Shown piece after piece: positions 1 through 7,706 of a stretch of DNA of 25,331 bases. The DNA comes from Bdellovibrionia bacterium (lineage in GTDB: Bacteria > Bdellovibrionota > UBA1018): contig JBJMMA010000048.1 of assembly GCA_045805065.1 (NCBI GenBank), positions 1 through 25,331 of the forward strand, read 5' to 3'. A program made the translations under genes and the position numbers. Within the stretch, counting starts at the first letter, position 1. Each line of letters starts with the position of its first letter. Under the pieces are notes generated by a model, which saw nothing but the letters and a program-made list of their open reading frames with translations, did not search any database and was not told the origin of the DNA.

Positions 1-1
1 A

Positions 2-433
2 GATGACGATGACGAGGGGCATCCTCCGGCACAATGGACTGAGTTCCGTGATCGCATTCGCTCTTGCGATGGAGTCCTGTTTGTCACGCCGGAATACAAT
101 CGCTCCGTGCCAGGCGTTCTCAAAAACGCGATCGATGTGGGCTCTCGTCCTTACGGAGAGAGCGCCTGGGCAGGAAAGCCAGGGGCAGTCATGAGTGTCT
201 CGCCAGGAGCGATCGGAGGTTTTGGCGCAAATCACCATTTACGCCAGACTTTCGTGTTTTTGGACGTTCTCTGCATGCAGCAGCCGGAAGCATATATTGG
301 AAATGCCGCAAAGCTCTTTGGACCCAACGGCGAGATTCAAAACGAATCCACACGCGCATTGCTGCAAAAATTCATGGATACCTATGCAAGATGGGTCGAG
401 CAAGTTCCGCATGACGTCAGGTCTGCGGCATAA
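2..433 (+). CDS. chrR: NAD(P)H-dependent FMN reductase / chromate reductase (ChrR-like), 5'-truncated by the window edge
   Basis: The frame is open from base 2: ...DGVLFVTPEYNRSVPGVLKNAIDVGSRPYG...GKPGAVMSVSPGAIGGFGANHHLRQ...QQPEAY. It carries the PEYNxSxPGxLKNAID signature of the flavodoxin-like FMN reductase family. Confidence 0.9.
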   Translation, partial: DDDDEGHPPAQWTEFRDRIRSCDGVLFVTPEYNRSVPGVLKNAIDVGSRPYGESAWAGKPGAVMSVSPGAIGGFGANHHLRQTFVFLDVLCMQQPEAYIGNAAKLFGPNGEIQNESTRALLQKFMDTYARWVEQVPHDVRSAA

Positions 434-501
434 TCACTGACGCTCCCCTTATACGCCCCCGTCCTTGAGTAAGATCACAGAAGCAGCTAATTGCGTTTTC
501 T

Positions 502-1584
502 ATGATCTTTTCGAAGAGACACTTTTTCCACTTTCTATTGTCGACGGTTCTGGCGACTTCAGCCATCGCTTCCGACTTTGATCGGGTCACGCCCCATGAG
601 CGGAGAGAGCTCATCCGGCGCGCGCAGATCTGGTTCCCCACTCCAGTCTCTTCAATGGATCTCTTTGCCGGGCCAAAAGACCGCGACTCTTTTGAGTTCG
701 GGCAAACAGTAAAGTGCACCTATGTAAAACATGATCGTGGCAACGGAACTTCTCCCAAATTCTACTGCCGGACCGACTCGGGCGACGAAATCAAAGTGCG
801 GTACGGCGAGGATAACAATGAGATCTACGCTCAAGTGGCTGCGTCCAGGCTTCTTTGGGCGCTGGGGTTTGTCACCAATGCCAATTATCCGGTCCGCATC
901 CAATGCTACGGCTGCTCAGATGACCCGTGGGACGACCCAAGGTTTGTTCCACAGACTGTCACCTTTGAGGATGCCACAATTGAGCGCACGATCCGAGCGC
1001 ATGAAGTCTGCGAGATAGGAAAAACGAAACAAGGCTGGGGATGGCTTGAACTGGATACTGTAAAGGAAGAGCTTGGCGGCGCGACCCGAGCGCAGATCGA
1101 TGCCTTGAAGCTTCTCGGGGTTTTCATGTCTCATATCGACAGCAGACCCAACAATCAGAAGCTGATCTGTCCCATGGACGAAGTCGTCACCGAAAATGAA
1201 CATAAGAAGTGCAGAAAGCCTCTGATGTACATCACAGATGTTGGGACCACATTTGGTGGCGCGCATGAGACGGTGGGATTCACCACTCTCAAGCTCCGCC
1301 ATTGGAAGCACTGGTCGATCTGGGCGGATCCGCGCCGATGCATCGCAGACATTCTGCCTGAAGGCACGAATCCTCAGAAATTGAGATATCCTAAAATCAG
1401 CGAGAAAGGACGACGCTTTCTCGCTGATCTTCTGGCTCAGCTCTCAGATTCCCAGATCCGGGATCTTTTCCGAGCAGCTCGCGCTGATCGCGTGAAACAA
1501 TACCCTGGCTACGCAAGCGTGGATGAATGGGTGGAAGCCTTCAAATTCCGTCGAGCTCAGATCGTCAATCACCGGTGCGATTAG
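502..1584 (+). CDS. Secreted hypothetical protein with atypical protein-kinase-like motifs
   Basis: 360 aa ORF with a Sec-type signal (FLLSTVLATSAIA). Motifs in kinase order: GNGTSPKF, EIKVRYG, NEIYAQVAASRLLWALG, HIDSRPNN (HxDxxxxN), ITDVG (DxG). Confidence 0.7.
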   Translation: MIFSKRHFFHFLLSTVLATSAIASDFDRVTPHERRELIRRAQIWFPTPVSSMDLFAGPKDRDSFEFGQTVKCTYVKHDRGNGTSPKFYCRTDSGDEIKVRYGEDNNEIYAQVAASRLLWALGFVTNANYPVRIQCYGCSDDPWDDPRFVPQTVTFEDATIERTIRAHEVCEIGKTKQGWGWLELDTVKEELGGATRAQIDALKLLGVFMSHIDSRPNNQKLICPMDEVVTENEHKKCRKPLMYITDVGTTFGGAHETVGFTTLKLRHWKHWSIWADPRRCIADILPEGTNPQKLRYPKISEKGRRFLADLLAQLSDSQIRDLFRAARADRVKQYPGYASVDEWVEAFKFRRAQIVNHRCD

Positions 1585-1900
1585 GCTTCTTTGAACTTTC
1601 TTCTGAGCACACTCTCTGCCAATTGTATCGTCCGCTAATAAAGCACTGATCAATCAGCGCGGTTGAAAATCGTGTAAAATACGTTTTCTCGGCTCTCATT
1701 CCTAAACATCCCATATATAAAATCCGACATTAACACTAGGGAACTCTTATAAGCCTTCTGGCGTCTTAACACTTTCGGAACTTAACAAAAATGTCATCGG
1801 TGACACATTCCGGAAATATACAGACGACTTAAACTTATACAAAGATTCACAGCTAGTATTTACCGTTGGATTACTCGTTGGAGTATTTAGGGGGATGACC

Positions 1901-3277
1901 ATGGCGAAGGGCCCAGTCCAGAACAAATCATCTAATTTCGCAAAATGGGTGACCTGTATTTTAGCGGCGAGCTCGGTAAGCATCCCTGCCTTGTCCTACG
2001 CAGGCTCCAAAGAAGTGGCCCAGCGCCTCTTTGACCGTCTGAATGGCCACCCTATCGCACTGACCGATCCAAGACTTGCTCAGATGATTGCAAAGATTGA
2101 CGCGGGCGATAAACTCGGCGCAGCTGAAATCGCGACCAACGATGATGGTTTCTACAACGTCACAGTAAAAAAATGGGGCGCGACGATGTCCAATCGTTCG
2201 GAGGTCGCGCTCTTTCAAGATCCTGATCGCTCAAGAGCGCCATACTTCGGATCGCTGAACGACTTCAATGCAACGATCATCGGAGTCACGCGCGATAATC
2301 TGGACGCAAGACTCCTTCTGACGGGTGATTTTATTTATAAGGCGGACACCAGCATTGATAAACCTGGCGCAAAACAGCCTCCCTTTCTGACTACCGCTGA
2401 TGCCAAAACCTCAATCCACAGCGATCATTTACTCAATTGGACCAATGACCATTACACCTACATTGAGCAGCAAAATGTGAATCTGAGAGAGCACCTGGTT
2501 CAGACCAAGCAATTGGTCACGACCTCGATGTACTGGGGCTACGATAACAATCAACCTCCGCCTCTGGTCCCAAATCCAGATACAGCGGGTCTTCTCACGA
2601 CAAGAGCTTTCACATACGCCCATATGTTGAATGGAACCAACCGCCGTTGGGTGGAGTTTGCATTCCGTGAATTCACCTGCCGTCCCATCACTCAATGGGC
2701 TGACGCTCACGTGCTCGACACTTACGTGCGCCGTGACGTGGAGCGCGCTCCCGCCGGCGACGTGATGCTTTTCAAGACTCGCTGTATCGCCTGTCATGGT
2801 GCCTTGGACGGCATGGCTGGAGCGACGGCGCATTACACCTGGTACTCGCCAGTGAGTGGAAGCTGGGTCCAGGGAGGATTTCTTGTCCGCGCGCCTGGCC
2901 CGATCCCCTACAGCGCCGATTCCAATGGAGTTTTTAACAAGGCCAATAAAAACTCTCAGAACTATCCTAGCGGTCACGTCGTCATGGATGATTCCTGGAT
3001 CAATCAGGCGACGCAAAACCAAAATGTAAGCTTTGGTTGGAAGGGCCCTGTATCAGGAAACGGCATGCACTCATTTGGCCAAATGATTGCGAACTCCGAT
3101 GCATTTCCTCAATGCATGGCGAAGCGCATCTTCACCGAGATGTGCCGTCGTGCTCCAGCTGAAAGCGAAGCCGCCATCGTGAAATCCCTGGGCGACCAAT
3201 TCGTTTCAGACAACTACAACCTGAGAATTCTTTTTGAGCGGGCAGCGATCTTGCCGAACTGCCTGCCTCAGCAGTGA
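1901..3277 (+). CDS. Exported mono-heme c protein, DUF1588/DUF1585-like
   Basis: ORF track start is 1895; ATG 1901 is preferred because AGGGGG at 1889-1894 precedes it. Signal peptide ends ...PALSYA. CIACH heme motif at 2783-2797 lies in a GLLTT...C..CH..D context like DUF1588. The C-terminal FPQCMAKRIF...CRR.P...F....YNLR.LF segment is like DUF1585. Confidence 0.7.
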   Translation: MAKGPVQNKSSNFAKWVTCILAASSVSIPALSYAGSKEVAQRLFDRLNGHPIALTDPRLAQMIAKIDAGDKLGAAEIATNDDGFYNVTVKKWGATMSNRSEVALFQDPDRSRAPYFGSLNDFNATIIGVTRDNLDARLLLTGDFIYKADTSIDKPGAKQPPFLTTADAKTSIHSDHLLNWTNDHYTYIEQQNVNLREHLVQTKQLVTTSMYWGYDNNQPPPLVPNPDTAGLLTTRAFTYAHMLNGTNRRWVEFAFREFTCRPITQWADAHVLDTYVRRDVERAPAGDVMLFKTRCIACHGALDGMAGATAHYTWYSPVSGSWVQGGFLVRAPGPIPYSADSNGVFNKANKNSQNYPSGHVVMDDSWINQATQNQNVSFGWKGPVSGNGMHSFGQMIANSDAFPQCMAKRIFTEMCRRAPAESEAAIVKSLGDQFVSDNYNLRILFERAAILPNCLPQQ

Positions 3278-3303
3278 GGTGGGTCATGAGGGGAAAAGAA
3301 ACG

Positions 3304-4062
3304 ATGAAACAATCCAACTTCTCTTTACAGCACTCTGGCAAGCGCCACGTGAGCTCTCTGCTTGCCTTGTCTGTGGCGTGCATCAGCCTCTTTGGATGCG
3401 ATCTCAGCGAATTGTCCCAGAAGAAAACCGATGCGAAATTAGTCGCGCCGACCTCAGGATCATCCTCAAACGGAGCTCAGACAGGTGGATCTCCTACCAA
3501 CAACGCTCCTGCAACTCCTCCAGCTCCTTCCGCTCCTGTCAATGTTCCTGTGACTATCAGCTCCACCGGAACGGCGGGGATTCGCGACTTCATTCAGGTT
3601 GTTCCCGCAATGTCCGCGGTGACCGGCATTCCGATGTCGAACACCAACGTTCAAAGATATTATAGTTCCGCAATCACCCGTATGTCCGTGGATGGCAGCG
3701 GCACTGCGGTTTCTTCCGCGCTGCTTGCCACGTACACGACCATGGCATCCATTTTCTGCCAGGAACTGGTGACCAAGGAATCACCTCCGAACGGACCTGC
3801 GGTCCTGTTTGCCGATCTGGATTACACCAAGGGAGTTTCAGGACTGACTCCAGCCGCGCGCGCGGCTCTTTTGAAAAAGCTCACTCAGCAGTTCTGGGGC
3901 CGTGACCCATCCACTGGTGAGAGCGCAAGCTTCAACACGATGCTCGACGAGATTTCTACTCCGTTAAATGGAGTCGGAGTCAGTAGCACTGAGAAAACCA
4001 AAACGATCGCTTTGTCCGCCTGCACCACGATCCTGAGCAGCCTGGACTTCCTGAAGAACTAA
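3304..4062 (+). CDS. Hypothetical lipoprotein, second gene of the heme c/Tat operon
   Basis: ORF track start is 3274; ATG 3304 follows GAGGGG. Lipobox ISLFG-C, then a Pro/Ser/Thr-rich linker and a helical C-terminal domain (LLKKLTQQFWGRDP...AC) with further Cys residues. Confidence 0.7.
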   Translation: MKQSNFSLQHSGKRHVSSLLALSVACISLFGCDLSELSQKKTDAKLVAPTSGSSSNGAQTGGSPTNNAPATPPAPSAPVNVPVTISSTGTAGIRDFIQVVPAMSAVTGIPMSNTNVQRYYSSAITRMSVDGSGTAVSSALLATYTTMASIFCQELVTKESPPNGPAVLFADLDYTKGVSGLTPAARAALLKKLTQQFWGRDPSTGESASFNTMLDEISTPLNGVGVSSTEKTKTIALSACTTILSSLDFLKN

Positions 4063-4080
4063 AATAAGGGGATAAAGATT

Positions 4081-5523
4081 ATGGCTAAGAAAAAAGACAA
4101 TTCCCACTTTCATCACCATGGACCTCCAGTCACTCGCCGTGACTTTCTGTCTCGTGGCTTAATGAGCATCAGCACCGTTGCCATGGCACCCAGTGTTTTA
4201 GGGCTGGCAAGCCTTGCTTCAAGCAAGGCTCGTGCGGAATCCTGCGCCCCATCGGGCTGGGCTCCTGGCGCGATCCCCTATCTCGTTTTCGATTTACCAG
4301 GAGGCGCGGCACTGCAAGGCAATTTCCTGGTCGGAGGAAAGGGCGGTGCCGAGGATCTACTTCCAAGCTACAGCGACCTGGGATGGGATCCCCGCGCAGC
4401 CGGCGCCATCGATAAACGGTTTGGCCTGCCCATGGCAGCAAACGCCAGCAAGATCTTTCAAGGCATCATCGAGAAAGCGAGTCCTGAGGCGCAAGCTAAT
4501 CTCAAAATGGCAAGCATTTGCCATCAAAGCCAAGCTGACTCCAGCCTTAATGCCAACTCAGCCCTTCTTCTGGTGACCCGCGCAGGTGCGTTTGGTAGCC
4601 AGTTTGCAGCTGGCCTGGGGACCACGAACAGCTTCAGTGGCAGCAATACTTCGGGCCCTTATGCTGATCCCGCGATCAAGCCTTTGCACATCACGCGGTA
4701 TGAGGACCTTGCAGGAGCACTGGCCTTTGGTAACGCGTTTTCTCAAGGGGCCGGTTACCAGATCTCGGACAAACTCCTGGGCTCAGTGATGAAAGCGATC
4801 ACCAGCATGAGCGCTGAACAGTCCGCAAAGCTCGCATCCATGAATTTAGGAGACCAGTTCAAGACACTCTTCAATTGCGGCCTGCAAAAAAACGTCACTC
4901 TGACGGCTCCATCGAGCGTCAATCTGGACCCAAGAAAGTCTCCTGAGATGTGTGCGGCTTTTGGTATCACCACTAACAGCAATTCCGGGGACTTGAACGT
5001 TGTCATGGCAACCATTGTCTACAATGCCTTAAAAGGAAACACCGGTCCTGGCGCTATCGCCGGATTTGGGGGCGGCGGTTACGATTACCACAGCAATGAC
5101 CATGTCTCCGCCGATAATGCTGACCTGGCTGCAGGTCGAGCGATTGGAATGGCCGTTGAAGCAGCATATCGCCTCAACCAAGCGTTTATGTTCCAGATCG
5201 TCTCCGATGGTGGCGTTCGCGGGCCTGGTGGTGGAAGCCGCGATTGGAATGGCGACACCAATGACTCCATGACGATCATTGGCTACTACAATCCGAAAGG
5301 AGTCAGCTTCCGTTCGCAAGTGGTCCAGCTTGGAAATTACACTGCCGGGCAAGGTGCCGATGGAAGCACGGACCTTGGAGGCAGTACCGCTCGTGTCGGG
5401 TTCGCCGTCCTTGCAAACTACCTCAACGCGATTGGCAAGTTCGGTGACTTCCGCAAGTATGTGAATGAGTCGGAGCTCCCAACTCCCGGGGGAGGATTGG
5501 ATTCCTTCCTGCTCTTCGCTTGA
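4081..5523 (+). CDS. Tat-exported protein, DUF1501/DUF1552-like
   Basis: 480 aa. Twin-arginine motif TRRDFL, then a hydrophobic stretch and an ARA cleavage site. His cluster HFHHH precedes the RR. VFDLPGGA and GGYDYH resemble the DUF1501 motifs. SD AAGGGG upstream. Confidence 0.7.
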   Translation: MAKKKDNSHFHHHGPPVTRRDFLSRGLMSISTVAMAPSVLGLASLASSKARAESCAPSGWAPGAIPYLVFDLPGGAALQGNFLVGGKGGAEDLLPSYSDLGWDPRAAGAIDKRFGLPMAANASKIFQGIIEKASPEAQANLKMASICHQSQADSSLNANSALLLVTRAGAFGSQFAAGLGTTNSFSGSNTSGPYADPAIKPLHITRYEDLAGALAFGNAFSQGAGYQISDKLLGSVMKAITSMSAEQSAKLASMNLGDQFKTLFNCGLQKNVTLTAPSSVNLDPRKSPEMCAAFGITTNSNSGDLNVVMATIVYNALKGNTGPGAIAGFGGGGYDYHSNDHVSADNADLAAGRAIGMAVEAAYRLNQAFMFQIVSDGGVRGPGGGSRDWNGDTNDSMTIIGYYNPKGVSFRSQVVQLGNYTAGQGADGSTDLGGSTARVGFAVLANYLNAIGKFGDFRKYVNESELPTPGGGLDSFLLFA

Positions 5524-5547
5524 TCATCTAGGGAGATAGGGGGAAAT

Positions 5548-6873
5548 ATGATGCGCAAGAATAATAAAGAACTCTTGGTGATCGCACTCAGCGCGTTGGC
5601 CGTGACGGGCTGCCTGATGGATCAAAAGAAGGTGGGCGCATTGCTCGCCTCCTCCTCTTCTTCTTCCCAGCAACAATTCAGTGGAGACAGCTGTCAAAAA
5701 GGCGGTGGCCCAGAGGGCGCGTTCCAAAATACTTTTTACCCACTGGCTCGCGTCAACTGCATTTCTTGCCATGGTTCAACGCAGTCTCCTATGTTTGCGG
5801 TCTCCAACGTCAGTGCCGCTTTCTCTGCCGCACAAGACTATATCAATTATAATCGAGTGACCTCTTCGCCTTTCATGACCAAGCTCAAAGATGGACACTG
5901 CGGCCCTCAGTGCGTTGCAGGAAGTCCCATCAGCAACAGCATGATCGCAGCACTCAGTGATTGGGCTGCCGGTGCGAACTCCGCGGTAGCCTGCCCGACG
6001 CCAACTCCAACGGCGACGGAGGGCGTGCCTCCTCCAACGGATACGTCAAGTCTCGACATCAATCCTAACGTCACAAACGCGATCTCCATGCCGGCATCGG
6101 TTCCCAATAATGAGACGAAAACTTTCGCCATCATGCGGTGGGATCTTGGAACTATTTCCCCAAACAACCCGGAGCTCAATGGCGTGATCTTTGAGCTCAA
6201 GGTACAGACCGTCGGTCTGAATGGGTATGTTTTCTCGGTTCCGCGGCTTGCGACGAAAAACTACCCAATCTACGTCAAAAACCTCCAGATTCTGATCAAC
6301 GGTAATTATGATCGACTTGGAAATGTGATGAGTGACGTTGAGGCCACGGTCAATAACGTTTCAAATTACACCATCCCGGCCATTACGAGTCAGATGACTC
6401 CTTTCCCGGCGCTTTCCAGCAGAAACGCGATCCTGGCTCAAGGCAATGGCCCAGGTACCGACAAAATCAGCCTGGCTTTCGGAGAAATCCACAAAGCGGC
6501 TGCACCTACGGCGTGCAAGGCTCTGAATACCTTCAAAGCCAAGGTGCTTCCTGTCTTTCTCAGAATGGACCCTTACTTCCAAACGGTCCCAACGTGCATG
6601 CGGTGTCATGACACTGCTGCCCCTTACAAGCAGGCGGCGGCTATTGCGGCATTCGATATGACCAATGCGACTAACAACGCTGCTGCCTTGTGCGCCGCCG
6701 CTTTGCAGCGAGTGGACCGGAACGACCTGATTCAATCGGTCTTGATCTCCGCCCCACTCAATCTGACAGCGTTTCATCCAGCGGATAATTATTACGACAA
6801 CCCTGGTCTGACGTCGGATCTTGTGGCGCCTGCCTGGATTGACTGGATGAATGAGGAGATCGACGCTCAATAG
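5548..6873 (+). CDS. Di-heme c-type cytochrome lipoprotein
   Basis: 441 aa. Lipobox AVTG-C. CISCH at 5758-5772 and CMRCH at 6595-6609, an extra GHCGPQC motif, a PTPTPT linker and a beta-rich middle domain. SD AGGGGG upstream. Confidence 0.75.
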   Translation: MMRKNNKELLVIALSALAVTGCLMDQKKVGALLASSSSSSQQQFSGDSCQKGGGPEGAFQNTFYPLARVNCISCHGSTQSPMFAVSNVSAAFSAAQDYINYNRVTSSPFMTKLKDGHCGPQCVAGSPISNSMIAALSDWAAGANSAVACPTPTPTATEGVPPPTDTSSLDINPNVTNAISMPASVPNNETKTFAIMRWDLGTISPNNPELNGVIFELKVQTVGLNGYVFSVPRLATKNYPIYVKNLQILINGNYDRLGNVMSDVEATVNNVSNYTIPAITSQMTPFPALSSRNAILAQGNGPGTDKISLAFGEIHKAAAPTACKALNTFKAKVLPVFLRMDPYFQTVPTCMRCHDTAAPYKQAAAIAAFDMTNATNNAAALCAAALQRVDRNDLIQSVLISAPLNLTAFHPADNYYDNPGLTSDLVAPAWIDWMNEEIDAQ

Positions 6874-6878
6874 GCTCC

Positions 6879-7496
6879 TCAGCCCTCGACATTGATCTTG
6901 AGTTCGACTCGACGATTCTTTGCGCGACCGGTTGCGGATTTATTGCTCGCAATCGGTTGCAAGGATCCCTTGCCTTCGATGTCGAGCTGATTGGATTTCA
7001 CGCCTTGCTGCCTGAGAACTTCAGCCACGGATTGCGCCCTTTGATGAGAGAGAAGCTCATTGAACTTCTGCGTGCCCGAGTTGTCGGTATATCCAGCGAC
7101 AACAATCTTATCCTTCGGGTATTGCGCCAGGATCTTCCCAAGCTGCGTGAGTTGCGTCTGTGCTTCAGGCTTGAGCACAGCACTTGAGGTATCAAAGAGA
7201 AGATCGTTCTTGAGATTCACCAGAATGCCGTCTTCGGTCCGTTTTGTATCCGCGACTTTTTTGAGCTGCTGAGCCTGCTTATCGAGGTAGTTTCCAACAA
7301 CCCCACCCACAAGAGCGCCCGCTCCTGCGCCGATGAGCGCGCCTTTTCCGCCACCGATCAGAGCACCTGCTCCTGCGCCTACGGCAGCGCCACCGCCCGC
7401 ACCGATTGCGGTGTTTTTACCCGGCGTAGCGCACGAAGCAACCGACCCCATCAGCACGATTGAAAAAACCACCTTTGAAAAAACTGCTTTGCGCAT
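6879..7496 (-). CDS. OmpA-family peptidoglycan-binding lipoprotein with glycine zipper (YiaD-like)
   Basis: Lipobox VAS-C, glycine zipper GAGGGAAVGAGAGALIGG, and OmpA C-terminal motifs LFD, GYTD, N..LS..RA..V, NRRVE. Confidence 0.92.
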   Translation of the reverse strand: MRKAVFSKVVFSIVLMGSVASCATPGKNTAIGAGGGAAVGAGAGALIGGGKGALIGAGAGALVGGVVGNYLDKQAQQLKKVADTKRTEDGILVNLKNDLLFDTSSAVLKPEAQTQLTQLGKILAQYPKDKIVVAGYTDNSGTQKFNELLSHQRAQSVAEVLRQQGVKSNQLDIEGKGSLQPIASNKSATGRAKNRRVELKINVEG

Positions 7497-7706
7497 TCCT
7501 CGTTGAACTCCTTTTGCGAAGGGATACGCTTGAATCTGAATTTGGTTTTCCAGAAAAGCGTACTAATTTTGGCCAATCGCAGATTTTCAGCTCAGGGGTC
7601 CCCTCGGACACATAGCTGAAAACAGAGCTCTTTTGGTAAGCAGTCCGTTGGCATTCCTGATGCTAATTATCCTCGTAAAACGGCCTTGGCTATTTTGAGG
7701 AAATCA

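Noticed and set aside
1747..1983. 78 aa minus-strand ORF in the operon leader
   Set aside because: It overlaps the start of the heme protein on the opposite strand and has no recognisable motif.
2429..3022. Long alternative-frame ORFs such as 2429-3022, 6361-6870, 15828-16343 and 22459-22935
   Set aside because: They lie essentially within well-supported genes on the opposite strand and show no protein-family motifs.
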